A stretch of DNA of 64,000 nucleotides from positions 1,984,001-2,048,000 of the forward strand of contig CAWDSK010000006.1 of the NCBI GenBank assembly GCA_963804995.1. The letters are read 5' to 3'. Below the pieces are notes generated by a model, which did no database searches, was not told the DNA's origin, and saw only the letters and a program-made list of their open reading frames with translations. Made by a program: the position numbers and the translations under genes. The stretch comes from an uncultured Acidobacteriota bacterium (GTDB taxonomy: Bacteria > Acidobacteriota > Terriglobia > UBA7540). Below, one piece after another: positions 28,153 through 39,117 of this stretch; the stretch's first letter is position 1; each line of letters begins with the position of its first letter.

Positions 28153-28694
28153 GGGTCGAGCCTCATGATGTCCCCGACTACATTTCGAACCACGTTTTGG
28201 CTGTCCACGTCGAGGATACGTGGCGTGTCACGGTAGGCTCGCGGCTGGGTCAGGCCCAAATCAAGCACACACCAGAGATTGATGCCCATGCCGCTGCACA
28301 CTGTATACGCCGGCTTGATCGGTTATCCATGCCAAGTGATCTCTATTTGTTCCATTACATACAAAGTGGATATATATTCTATGTATGGAACCCCTAAAAA
28401 AATTCATACATATTTAATATGGACAAAATACGCCTTTAAGATAAACAGCATTTTTGCACTTGACAGCCCCCATTATCAGTAGTATCCACTTTCCGTCATA
28501 TTGTAGACGGCCCAACGGCAAGGAAAGGTTGAGTCGTTTAATCGTGCGAAAATTTGTTCGGTTGCACCCCTCTTCGCTGTCTGTGTGTGCCAGGTGGTAG
28601 TGCATGTCCCGTCCCCACAGAGGCGCTCGCTCATGACCGCGAGCGAACTCATGCCGACGCAAGTGAATCGAGAAAAAAATTGAGGTGAGGAACC

Positions 28695-31600
28695 ATGCGA
28701 AATCGCACCATATCATTCATCATCTTTAGTTCTATGCTTTTTGGATTTCTGTTTCCCCTGACCGGGTGGGCGCAAACCACCGTCTCCTCGGGCAGCATTC
28801 AGGGAACGATCACGGACCCTAGCGGCGCGGTAATTCCCGGAGCCAAGATCACGATTTCCAGCAATGCAACGGGGCAGACCATCAATCTCACTTCAAGCAG
28901 CGGTGGCGCCTACAACTCGGGCGCGCTCATGCCCGGTGAGTACGTGGTGAGGGTAGAGTTTGCAGGTTTCAAGACTGTGCTTTTACCGGTGACCGTCCAG
29001 GTGGGTGTAACCTCAGCCGGGAACCTCAAGCTCGAGGTGGGTCATACGACCACCACGATTTCAGTGGAAACTGGCTACTCGCGCGTCAACACTGAGCAGG
29101 CAACGGTTCAGGGAGTTTTGACCGCTCAGCAGATCGAGCAGTTGCCTATCAACGGCCGCAACTTCCTGGATCTCGCAGCCTTGGAGCCCGGTGTTCAGAT
29201 TCAAGACGGCCGGGGATTCGACCCCACGAAAAACGGCTTCTCCTCGATTTCCTTTGGCAGCCGGTTCGGCCGCACGGCCCGCATTGAACTCGACGGGGTG
29301 GACATCAGCGACGAGACCGTGGGGACCACCACGCAGAATATCCCGGTGAGTGGCATCCAGGAATTCCAAGTCGCCCAATCCACGCTTGACCTTTCCACCG
29401 AGCTCACCTCCTCGGGTGCGGTGAACGTGGTCACCCGCTCCGGCAGCAACCAGTTTCATGGAGAGGGATTTGGCTACGGACGCAGCAGTGGCACCTCGGC
29501 GCGCTATGGCAACACGCCAGTTCCCTTCGACCGCGAGCAATATGGGGCGCGTTTTGGCGGGCCGTTTCTCAAGAACCGGCTCTTCTTCTTTGCCGATTGG
29601 GAACGGACCGTGCAAGACATGATTCAGAGCGTCTCCACTCCGGCGCCGTTCACGGCCCTCAGCGGATCGTACAATGCTCCCTTCCATGAATCCATGCTGA
29701 TGGCCCGTTTGGACTGGACCATCAAGCCCAACATGCGGGCTTTCTACCGCTGGACTTACAATCAGAATAACAATCAAGCCCCCTTTCTTATTAACACCTA
29801 TTCGCCGTATGCGAATCGTGACAATACTCCCGTGCAAGCTGCCGGGCTGGATATCACGCAAGGAATCATGTCACACAGCTTCCGCTTCGGCTATACGCGC
29901 TTCAATAACAGCATCGGCGATGCGGGGGGACGCGTTACCCCGTCGGGCCTGCCCACGAACGCTCGAATTAGTATTGGTCCTTTGTCCGGGTGCGGCCAAG
30001 CGGGAGATGTGTTTTGCTCCGGCCCCAACTATCTGGCCCCCCAGGCCACCGTGCAGCACAACACCCAGTTCAAGTATGACGCCAGCTTGATCAAAGGGTC
30101 CCATATCATACGGTTCGGCGCGGCGTTCAATCACATTCTGGGCGGGGGCTACGCCTCGTTCTACGGTCTGGGGCCGACCTTCCGCTCAAGTTTCACGTCC
30201 GCCAATCAGGCAATTGCGGCCAGCGGCCCCTTCGATGGAGGCGCCTCCAATCCCCTGAACTGGCCGATCAGCACCATGAGGTTTGGAAATGGCCAGGGAT
30301 TCTTCACTGAGATCCCCTCTCTGGGATATCCCGGCGGTGGACAGGAGGACAACCGCTTTGCCTTATACCTTGGCGATACGTGGAAAGCCAAACCGAACCT
30401 GACCGTCAGTTTCGGGGTGCGATATGCGCGGGACACTGGCCGCTCCGACAGCGACCTGCCGCCCATCCAAACCCTCAACCTGTGGGGTGCGGGGCTCGGC
30501 AACCGCGTGCACCAACCCAACCGGAACTTTGCTCCCCAACTCGGAATCGCCTACGATCCCTGGAAGTCCGGCAGGACGGTCTTCCGGGCAGGAGCGGGGA
30601 TCTATTACGAAAACGCGATTTTCAACAACGTCATGTTTGACCGCCCCGGACGGTTGCCCAAGGGATTGTTCTGGGGAGAAGCCAACCCCTGCCCCAGCGG
30701 CAACCTGCTCATGCCCGACGGATCGACCATCGATACTTCCAGCTTCTGCGGCGCCCCCATCGGCACGGTCCTCAATCAGGGCATCGCTCTGAATACAACC
30801 TACCAGAAAGCGACCGCGGCTGCCGGCGCGCAATCCAACCCAAATTACATCGACAACGCCATGGCCAACGGAAGCAACTCCACTGGTAATGGCTTCCTAA
30901 GCCCGGACTATCGCACGCCCTATTCCATCCAAATGAATGTGGGCTTTCAACATGAGTTCAAGCCCGGGACTGTCCTCAGTATCGATTACCTTCGTAACGT
31001 GGGCTTGCACTACATCCTGATCTACGACACCAATCATGTGGGCGACGCACGTTTCCTCGATCAGGGCGCAGCGCTGGGCGCGATCAATGCCACCAACGAA
31101 AGCTACCTCTGCCCGGACGGAGTGGGCGGCATCGACTGCGCGATTACGGCTGGCGCCGGGATCGCCGACTACGCCAACAACGGTCTGGACTCCGGCAAGG
31201 TGTATAACTCGGGGTATGGGGATTCAGGGACAGCTTTCCCAGGCATCAATTCAACGCTGGGGGAGAACGAGATGGCTTTCCCCATCGGTCGTTCCGTGTA
31301 TAACGCCATGCAAGTCTCCCTTCGTTCCAACAAGCAGAACCCCTTCCAGGGCGTTAAGAATCTGAGCTTGCAAGTGTCTTACTCCCTTTCGCGATTCGAG
31401 AGCATGGCACAGGATATGGATTTCACCAGCTACGCATATGACTATGCCAACATCAACCACTTCTTCGGGCCCAATGCCTTGGACCGGACTCACCAGCTCT
31501 CGTTTGGCGGATCCTTTGATTTCCCTCACGCGTTCCGACTGGCTTACAACGCGCGCTTTGCCACTGCCCTTCCGGTTGACATGCTCCTTCCCAGCGGTAC

Positions 31601-32156
31601 AGATCCTGGGGCTATCTACACCAGTGACTGGACCGGCGACGGCAGCAACCAGGATCACGTTCTCCCCGGGACGAACGTCGGCTCGTTCGGACGCGACGTA
31701 AAAGTGAGCAACCTCAACAACGTGATCAGTAAATACAATACGAACGTGGCGGGAACGCTTACACCCGCCGCTAAGGCGCTGGTCAACGCGGGCTTGGTTA
31801 CGAGCGACCAGATGGTCAAGCTCGGTGGGGTAATGGAGCCGGTTGCGGCCGCGCCGGCGGGGCAGGTGGCGAATCCACCCTCTCTCAACGCGGGGATTCT
31901 GTTGGGTTGGGTGCTCAGGCCCAGCAAGCGGTGGGCCTCCGCGCCGGAGAACTTGACTCTGGAACCCACGGTCTCCATATTCAATGTGTTCAACTTCTCC
32001 AACTGGGATGTGCTGAGTAATGAATTGAACGGCGGAGCACTTTCCGTGAATGGCACCACCCGAGCCAATCGCACCAATAAGATTTACATGGGCTCGGGGG
32101 TCTATTCCATTGGCGCGCCCCGGACTTTCGAGTTCGGACTGAAAGTAATGTTCTGA
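28695..32156 (+). CDS. TonB-dependent receptor, Oar-like, with N-terminal carboxypeptidase-regulatory-like domain
   Basis: Signal peptide; motifs 'GSIQGTITDPSGAVIPGA', 'LPINGRNFLDLA.L.PGV', 'NFAPQLGIAYDP'; C-terminal 'PRTFEFGLKVMF'. Confidence 0.93.
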   Translation: MRNRTISFIIFSSMLFGFLFPLTGWAQTTVSSGSIQGTITDPSGAVIPGAKITISSNATGQTINLTSSSGGAYNSGALMPGEYVVRVEFAGFKTVLLPVTVQVGVTSAGNLKLEVGHTTTTISVETGYSRVNTEQATVQGVLTAQQIEQLPINGRNFLDLAALEPGVQIQDGRGFDPTKNGFSSISFGSRFGRTARIELDGVDISDETVGTTTQNIPVSGIQEFQVAQSTLDLSTELTSSGAVNVVTRSGSNQFHGEGFGYGRSSGTSARYGNTPVPFDREQYGARFGGPFLKNRLFFFADWERTVQDMIQSVSTPAPFTALSGSYNAPFHESMLMARLDWTIKPNMRAFYRWTYNQNNNQAPFLINTYSPYANRDNTPVQAAGLDITQGIMSHSFRFGYTRFNNSIGDAGGRVTPSGLPTNARISIGPLSGCGQAGDVFCSGPNYLAPQATVQHNTQFKYDASLIKGSHIIRFGAAFNHILGGGYASFYGLGPTFRSSFTSANQAIAASGPFDGGASNPLNWPISTMRFGNGQGFFTEIPSLGYPGGGQEDNRFALYLGDTWKAKPNLTVSFGVRYARDTGRSDSDLPPIQTLNLWGAGLGNRVHQPNRNFAPQLGIAYDPWKSGRTVFRAGAGIYYENAIFNNVMFDRPGRLPKGLFWGEANPCPSGNLLMPDGSTIDTSSFCGAPIGTVLNQGIALNTTYQKATAAAGAQSNPNYIDNAMANGSNSTGNGFLSPDYRTPYSIQMNVGFQHEFKPGTVLSIDYLRNVGLHYILIYDTNHVGDARFLDQGAALGAINATNESYLCPDGVGGIDCAITAGAGIADYANNGLDSGKVYNSGYGDSGTAFPGINSTLGENEMAFPIGRSVYNAMQVSLRSNKQNPFQGVKNLSLQVSYSLSRFESMAQDMDFTSYAYDYANINHFFGPNALDRTHQLSFGGSFDFPHAFRLAYNARFATALPVDMLLPSGTDPGAIYTSDWTGDGSNQDHVLPGTNVGSFGRDVKVSNLNNVISKYNTNVAGTLTPAAKALVNAGLVTSDQMVKLGGVMEPVAAAPAGQVANPPSLNAGILLGWVLRPSKRWASAPENLTLEPTVSIFNVFNFSNWDVLSNELNGGALSVNGTTRANRTNKIYMGSGVYSIGAPRTFEFGLKVMF

Positions 32157-32180
32157 CGCTTCTGGGCGTGTATTCCTTAC

Positions 32181-32212
32181 GGGGGTGAGGTTAGAAGCCT
32201 CACCCCCTTTTT
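32181..32212 (+). terminator. Rho-independent terminator
   Basis: GGGGGTGAGG-ttagaag-CCTCACCCCC followed by TTTTT, downstream of the receptor gene. Confidence 0.85.
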
Positions 32213-32490
32213 CTTTCTCCCCCGACCGCGCACGGGGGAAAGGTTGGTCAGTGAATTTCTTACTAAGGACGCGAGGTTCCAGCAACGGAATTCGGGATTG
32301 GGGACTCGGACTGGGGGGTTCAGCGAGGCGTGCGGTTACGAAAAGCTGCGTGGCAATTTAGCCGGATTGGAAATGAATAACACCCGTTCTGAAATTCGCC
32401 AAGATGTTTGACACCACACGCGGCAGAACGTAATATCCTTACCCTGCTGTTCAATCGGACGTTTGACATCATCAGAAAGGACTGATACCC

Positions 32491-33756
32491 GTGCCTGGAC
32501 AACCTGTGAGTCTCAACGTAACGATCGTGGGCGGAGGAATGATCACCTATGACTTGCTCCTCCCCTCTTTGTACCACCTGCAAAGGACCGGAATCGTTAA
32601 CAAGATTGATGTCTGCGCGTTGAATTCTCCTCCCCTGCAAGCGTTGCGGGACAATCCGGATATGCATGAGGCTTTTCCGGGGCAGACCTTCACGCCCCAT
32701 CCGGACTTCTCCGAGCCCGCCGACAAGCTTTATCCCAACCTTTACAAAGATGTCGTCGCGGCCATGGCCCCCGGCAACATGGTGGTTGTCGCCATGCCTG
32801 ACGTCCTTCACTTCGAAGTGGTCATGCACGCTTTGCAGCACGACCAGAATGTGCTGTGCGTGAAGCCGCTGGTTCTCAAATACGATCAGTCGGTGGAGGT
32901 GGAAAAGCTGGCGCTCGAAAAGGGCCGCTTTGTGGGCATCGAGTACCACAAGCGCTTCGATCGCCGGTCGCTGGTGGTCCGCCGCGCCTACGAGCTTGGG
33001 CAGTTCGGCACGTTCATCATGGGCGAGGCCAAGATGATTGAACCGTACTTTTACCGCCACTCGAATTTCCAGAACTGGTTTACGGTCGATCGCACCGACC
33101 CCTTCACCTACGTCGGTTGCCACTATGTGGACCTGGTTTATTTCATGACCGGATTGAAGCCGGTGAAAGTTTCGGTGCAGGGGATCCGGGGAAAATTCCC
33201 CAACGGGAACGAGGCTTTCATGTGGTCGCACGGCCGCGTGACCTGGGAAAACGACGCGATCCTGTCCGTGGTAGACGGATTGGGCTACCCGGACGACGCC
33301 GCCGGCAGCAACGACCAAGGCCTGATTATGTATTTTGAGGGAAACAATCAGACCGGTATGGTTTACCATGATGACCACAATCGCGGGGCGGCCTACTCCT
33401 ACCTCAAAGGCATCGGACCGGGCGGCACCAAATACAATTACGTCAGCCCGGACTTCTACCGGTTGGTTCCCTGGGAAGGCCCCGGCTACAAACCCATTGG
33501 CTACGGGTTCGAATCTGTCGCGGGCATTACGAACACCATTCAACGCATGGGAAACGCCACCGCGGGCCTTGACCCGGCCGCGGCGCTCGCCAAGCGCCGG
33601 GAAATCATGCACGAAGTGGACGCCAAAGGCTTGCTCGCCACACCTGCCAACAGCTACATCAACGAGCTGGTGGTGGAGGCGACGCGCGCGTCCATCCTGC
33701 GGGATGCCGCGCCCGTCCGCATCGTCTACGGCGACCACCCGCATATTGAAATCTGA
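32491..33756 (+). CDS. Gfo/Idh/MocA family oxidoreductase
   Basis: Motifs 'IVGGGMI', 'AMPDVLH', 'VLCVKPL', 'EYHKRFD', 'GCHYVDL'; AAAGGA RBS. Confidence 0.85.
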   Translation: MPGQPVSLNVTIVGGGMITYDLLLPSLYHLQRTGIVNKIDVCALNSPPLQALRDNPDMHEAFPGQTFTPHPDFSEPADKLYPNLYKDVVAAMAPGNMVVVAMPDVLHFEVVMHALQHDQNVLCVKPLVLKYDQSVEVEKLALEKGRFVGIEYHKRFDRRSLVVRRAYELGQFGTFIMGEAKMIEPYFYRHSNFQNWFTVDRTDPFTYVGCHYVDLVYFMTGLKPVKVSVQGIRGKFPNGNEAFMWSHGRVTWENDAILSVVDGLGYPDDAAGSNDQGLIMYFEGNNQTGMVYHDDHNRGAAYSYLKGIGPGGTKYNYVSPDFYRLVPWEGPGYKPIGYGFESVAGITNTIQRMGNATAGLDPAAALAKRREIMHEVDAKGLLATPANSYINELVVEATRASILRDAAPVRIVYGDHPHIEI

Positions 33757-33776
33757 AAACAGGCAAAGGAGAAAAA

Positions 33777-35150
33777 ATGGCCTCTTACGATTTGACGCCC
33801 GTGGATGTCCCCAAAGTAGAAACGAAGTACCGGAGCATCAAGACCAAGCTGCCGGTGCCGGAATCCTTGCCCATTTTCGAGATGCTGAAGGAGTCGGAAC
33901 CGCGCTCGATGATGGGGCAGCCCCCCATTATCTGGGATAAGGCCGAGGGCAGCGTGGTCAGCGATCGCTGGGGCAACCGCTGGATTGACTGGTCGTGTGG
34001 GGTGCTCATTACCAATGCCGGGCATGGAAGGAAAGAAATCCGGGATGCCCTGCGCCACCTGATCGACCACGGGCTGCTGGCTTCTTATGTGTTCGTGCAT
34101 GAGGGACGCGCCCACCTGGCGGAGATGCTCCGCAAGCTTTCTCCTGACCCCACGAAGTACCGCGCCTTTGTTTTGAGCACGGGTAGCGAGGCCTGCGAGA
34201 ACTGCATCAAGCTGTCGAAGACGTACGCGGTGGAAAAGCATGGCCGTCACAAGAAGTATTTTGTGACGTTTCAAAATGCCTTCCACGGCCGCACCATGGG
34301 CTCCCAACTCGCCGGGGGAATGGATCGGCAAAAGGCCTGGATGGTGGATCGCGACCAGACTTTCGTGCAGGTGCCGTTTCCGGATGGGTACAAGAATGAG
34401 AACACGTCGTTCGATCTGTTCCTGAGCAGCCTGGCGGAAAAAGGCGTGAAGCCCCAGGATATCGCCGGCGTGATGACCGAAACTTATCAGGGAATCGGCC
34501 CGGATTTCGTGCCCGTCGAGTACGCGCAGAAGCTCCAGGCGCTCTGCCGCGAGCACGACATCGTGATGTGTTACGACGAAGTGCAAGCGGGCTTTGGCCG
34601 CACCGGCAAGATGTTTGGGTTCCAACATTACGGTGTGAAACCAGACCTGATCGCCTGCGGAAAAGGCATCTCATCGTCTCTGCCTATTTCCGCCGTGATT
34701 GGGCGCTCCGACATCATGGATCTCTATGCGCCCGGATCGATGACCTCAACGCACTCGGGATCGCCTCTGCCCGTGGCCGCCGCCGTTGCTAACCTCGAGA
34801 TCATCATCAACGAACACCTCGATGAGCGCGCCGCGCGCATGGGTGAAATCCTTGTCCCCGAGGTCCACCGCATTCAGCAGAAGTATCCCAAGGTTCTGGG
34901 GTGCGCGCAGGGCAAGGGATTGGTGGCAGGCATCCAGGTGGTGAAACCGGGAACCAAGACTCCTGACCCTGACATGGCGCTGCGCATCAACGTGGCTTGC
35001 TTCCAGAAGGGATTGCTCATGTTTGCGCCCGTCGGCATTGCGGGCGAATGCCTGAAGATTTCCCCGCCCCTGACGATTCCTGAAGACGCCCTGCGCGAGT
35101 CGTTGCAGGTTCTGGAAGAGGCCGTGGACGAAGTCTTGGGAGGCAAGTAG
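33777..35150 (+). CDS. Class III PLP-dependent aminotransferase (4-aminobutyrate aminotransferase-like)
   Basis: Motifs 'STGSEA', 'FHGRT', 'DEVQAGFGRTG', 'PDLIACGKG', 'STHSG'. Confidence 0.92.
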   Translation: MASYDLTPVDVPKVETKYRSIKTKLPVPESLPIFEMLKESEPRSMMGQPPIIWDKAEGSVVSDRWGNRWIDWSCGVLITNAGHGRKEIRDALRHLIDHGLLASYVFVHEGRAHLAEMLRKLSPDPTKYRAFVLSTGSEACENCIKLSKTYAVEKHGRHKKYFVTFQNAFHGRTMGSQLAGGMDRQKAWMVDRDQTFVQVPFPDGYKNENTSFDLFLSSLAEKGVKPQDIAGVMTETYQGIGPDFVPVEYAQKLQALCREHDIVMCYDEVQAGFGRTGKMFGFQHYGVKPDLIACGKGISSSLPISAVIGRSDIMDLYAPGSMTSTHSGSPLPVAAAVANLEIIINEHLDERAARMGEILVPEVHRIQQKYPKVLGCAQGKGLVAGIQVVKPGTKTPDPDMALRINVACFQKGLLMFAPVGIAGECLKISPPLTIPEDALRESLQVLEEAVDEVLGGK

Positions 35151-35455
35151 CACGACGAATTCGCATGCGAAAAGTCATGGGAAAATAACGCATGAAGATA
35201 GGGGATTAAGTGGGACCTCGCTCGCTATACCCCGCGGAGAGCGACAAGTGGGACATGTCCCACATGGACGAAAAGTAGCAGGCTTGGAAGAGTAAAGCGC
35301 CGCAGAGTCTTGTATTTTTTGAGGCTTTGCGGCTATTTTTGGGATAGTCGCGACCGCCGGCCATCGCTTGTGTCCTTCGAGGCAGTCGACTTCAGGAATG
35401 CGAGTCTGGGCGAGGACTTACCTTACTCATTCCTGGATTCCCGCTCCCCAAACCT

Positions 35456-37839
35456 TTAACCCAGTGAGGGTGTCGAATCCACTCTCGACCCCCAGCTCCT
35501 CGATCTTCTCGAGTTCGGCCAGGGGAGGCGAGGATCGCACAGGTCCAGGGTGCGAAGCCGCTCGACCAACCCCGGCGCCACGGCCGAGGGATGGTGATAC
35601 AAGCCCTCCAGGGCGGCGCGGCGAAGCGCCAGGGGCTGGCCCGTATCGGCAATGATTTTCGCGAGCGCCTCAGCCGCCTGATCCGTGGGGACTGCAGCGA
35701 GGGCGATGACTGCTTTTTCCAGCACGCCCGCCTTGAAATTCCCTTTCCCCATGACCATTGACTCCAGGTGTTCAACTGCCGCCGGATCTTTCGAAATCGT
35801 CAGTTCGTTCGAGCACCATCTCGAGCAGGCCGGCGTGCAAGTGGGGCAAGGCTTCCGCCAGGACGCTTCCACGCCCGGCGGTGTGGCTCTGCAGAATGGT
35901 GGTGACGGCGGCCCGCTGCACTCTGAGGTCCGGATGACGCAGGGCGACGCGCAACTGGGCGGGCAGATCCTGGTCACCTAAATCCCCCAGAATCGACGCG
36001 GCATTGCGTACCACGTACCAACGCTCATCCGCCAGCCGCTTGCTGGTGGCCTCGATGGCAGGCGCACCCAGACCGCGGATCAGCCGAATCAGCGGCAAGC
36101 GGTTCGAAGCCGCCGACTCCTCGTCCAGACGGCGGAAGGCGATTTCCGCACCCGGAGCCCCGGCCATCAGCAACAAGGAGGTTACGCGTCGTACCCAGGC
36201 GGCCTCACTTCGCTTCTCGAGGAACAACTCGATGAGCTGCTCCAGAGCCTCTGCGGTCAGCAGCCCGGATAGGGCCTGGCCACAGCAGTCGCGGTGCCGC
36301 CCCGGGTCTCTCGCGAGCGACCGTTTCAGGTCCACGCCCAGCTTTTGCACAAACTCGAAATCCTCAAAGCGTCCGGCATTCTGCGCGAGGGTGGCGAGGC
36401 AGTTGGCGGCCTCGACGTGGCAGGGCCCATGCTGGCTGGCCTCCTCCAGAAGTTCCCGGACCAGCGGCTCTGCCAGGGTGTGCATCAGTGGCAACGTTTG
36501 CGCGGTGGAAAGAATGTGCAGGAGCTCCGGAGCCCTTTTGAGTTCTTCAGCGCGCGTCACCGGGGGGAGTTTCTTCGAGAACCTTGAAATAGTGCTGGGC
36601 AACCGCACTCGCCTCATCAGTCCGGCCCTCGTTCATCGCCTCTTTAAGATATTGGAGCAGCCGCGCAAAATCCTCTGGCGTGTAGCGCTCCAGGCGGAGG
36701 AATTGGACGTGCTTCTGCCCGGCCGCCAGCGTAAACCACATCACTTCGCGCCGGATGCGCTCAAAGACTTCTTTGGGCAGGTTCGCCTGCTCCACAAACT
36801 GCGCCAGCTTTTGCAGCAGACGTTCAGCTACGTGAGTAGCCTTTAGGCCACGCAACAAAGCCTGCAACACATTTTGGTCCCAATCCCCTGAACCCTGGCT
36901 GGGAGCGGAAACGGCCAGGCGCTCGGCCGCCCATCCCGCCATGGCGTCTTCCATCAAATGCGCCGCCATGACCCCCGGAGGGTGGCCGCGCAGGTCCTCT
37001 TGTTTTTCCGGGGGCACGCCGGCGAGCAGATCGTCAGGCTTCAGGCCCGCCAACATCTGGGTCATGGCGACTAACAATTCGGAAAGGTTTCCCCCGGGAT
37101 TTTCCAGGGTCGTGCGAGTGGCCCGGTCCGCCACTTCCAGTAATTCGCGGGGATCATCGGCAAATTCTGCCGAGTATTTTTTGCCGCCCGCCTGCAGTAG
37201 CATATCCAGCGCCACGGTACTCAGGCGATGTTCCGGTTCGAGGATGGCCTGCGCCGTCAGGTAAGATTCCATGTCCATCCCCACGTCGACCGCGTCACCG
37301 TCTTCTTCTTTGGGCTTGGCCGCAGGCGTGATGCGAACGCCTACAACTGGGGTCGCAGCCAGGAAACTCTTGATACCTCCCCGCTCCGCAATCACGGCCG
37401 GCCGGGTGGTGAGCAGGTCAAGCGCGGATTTGAAATCCTTAAGTGTCACGCCAGCCTGAAAGCAGACAGTACCGATTTCTCTTTTGGAGAACTGTGCGTT
37501 GAGATACGTCAGGTTGGGCGCCGCCACCAGACGGCTGTTCAGCAGCATGCGGTGATGCATGAAACCAAAAGTGAATTGCGGGCCTGACTTCAGCAAGGGC
37601 GCGAGGAGCTCCCAACTCTGCTGCATGGAGCGCGCCACGGCAGGATGGTCCGCTGAATACATGGCGCTTACCTTGAAGGTCGCTTGTAAGGCTTGCCCGA
37701 AGGCCAATCCTTGAATCTTAAGCTGGCTCTTATCATTCGAGGGGTCGGGCGGAGCATGAGGTTTGAGTGGCAAGGAGTATCCAAACCGGCCCTCGGGCCG
37801 CAGAACGATTCTCGGAGCCGTTGACGGGCACGATCTCAA
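35456..37839 (-). CDS. Large HEAT-repeat protein split by two apparent +1 frameshifts (about 36565 and 35808)
   Basis: Three consecutive ORFs join as ...EETPPVTRAEEL... and ...LDELTISKDP...; HEAT motifs 'LADERWYVVRNAASILG', 'LRHPDLRVQRAAV'. Both ends uncertain. Confidence 0.7.
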
Positions 37840-38201
37840 CGCGTGGCCAGGAGCAACCTCGCGGGGCGCCTACCACAGGGGGAAGCACGTGCGTGGCCAA
37901 AAAGCGTGGCGCGCAGACTGACCACTTTGCCCACCAGTCGGGAAGATTCTGGCACGCTTCGCGAGGCGTCTGCGGTCCTGCGGCATGTCCAAAACAACGT
38001 CGCTCCGATCAGGGCATAAGCGTTAGGGAGAGTTGGTAGCGCGGACCTGTCTGCCAGGTCCGTGGTATTTTGCTGTCATTTGGGGACGAGCTACAAAACA
38101 GGTCCTCCCCACTCGCTGCGAGACCCGCGAAATGGAACCCTCGCGGCGATTCGCTTTGGTAAAATGTGAACTCTTGTAAGTCTCTTCAAATTAGGTCCGA
38201 T

Positions 38202-39086
38202 ATGAAGAAACTGTTTACCGAGCGCCACGGCATGAACGAGCCACGGGTCAAGGAGGAACTTGACGCGGGTCTGACTCAAGGACTTCTGACCGTCATTAAT
38301 GCCAAGATCGATCAGAATCTTTTTGGTGGACCGTTTTCGGAAGAGTGTCCGGACGGCGGCGGCAGGAGCATAGGGTGTGATTTCGAAAAGCTCAGAGCCG
38401 GGCTCGCTGCCTACAAAATTGTCTGGCCGCGCGGCTGGCCTAACCAAAATGATGAATGGCCGAGCGATCCTGAACTATTCGACTTGGTTGAATTTCTCTA
38501 TGAACACTCTGGCCTGCCCACGGCGTATTCGTACCATCAATTTTTCGGGCACAGCCATCTCAGCTATGACCAAGCAGCAGGAAGAGCTAATTTTGAGCAG
38601 GAAATTAATCGATTTTTCGAGCGGAATGGCCTGGCTTTCGAGCTCAAGAACGGCGAAGTTACGCGGATGGCACCTAGCGGTCTTCAAGAAGCTTTGGCGA
38701 GCACAGTGTTCGGAACCGGCGATGCACACCTTGACCGCTTGCTTGAAACAGCCCGCGAGAAATACCTGAACCGTTCATTGGACATTCGGAAGGAGGGGCT
38801 CGAGAAGCTTTGGGACGCGTGGGAGCGCATAAAGACAATCGAGAAAGGCAAAGACAAGGCCGCTCAGGTCAAGGCTATCCTCGATCGGAGTGCCACTGAA
38901 CCCGTTCTGCGCGAGCGTTTGGAAATCGAAGCGCGTGAGTTAAACTTTATCGGCAATAACCTGATGATCCGGCATACCGAAGTCGGCAAACCTCCGATAG
39001 GCGAATCTGCTCAGGTTGACTACCTTTTTCACCGTATGTTTGCCATGATTCGGTTGCTCTTGAAGTCTACTCATCGTGGTGGCTAG
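38202..39086 (+). CDS. AbiJ-related protein (AbiJ-NTD-like N-terminus, HEPN-like C-terminus)
   Basis: 'LFTERHG', 'LFDLVEFLY', 'F.QEINRFFERNG.AFEL..GEV', 'LEKLWDAWERIKT', 'GNNLMIRH' recalled as typical of this family; lower GC than the flanks. Confidence 0.65.
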   Translation: MKKLFTERHGMNEPRVKEELDAGLTQGLLTVINAKIDQNLFGGPFSEECPDGGGRSIGCDFEKLRAGLAAYKIVWPRGWPNQNDEWPSDPELFDLVEFLYEHSGLPTAYSYHQFFGHSHLSYDQAAGRANFEQEINRFFERNGLAFELKNGEVTRMAPSGLQEALASTVFGTGDAHLDRLLETAREKYLNRSLDIRKEGLEKLWDAWERIKTIEKGKDKAAQVKAILDRSATEPVLRERLEIEARELNFIGNNLMIRHTEVGKPPIGESAQVDYLFHRMFAMIRLLLKSTHRGG

Positions 39087-39117
39087 CAGGTGCCTATTGA
39101 TGCGAAACAGTGAAAAG

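Noticed and set aside
32320..34628. Long antisense ORFs (32320-33744, 33726-34628; similarly 19429-22047, 45076-46149, 59532-60530)
   Set aside because: They are shadow frames of high-GC genes whose opposite strand has clear family motifs.
36547..36617. Programmed frameshift or phase variation in the HEAT-repeat gene
   Set aside because: The run is only 6 nt, and the same +1 pattern occurs in several unrelated genes, so sequencing error is more likely.
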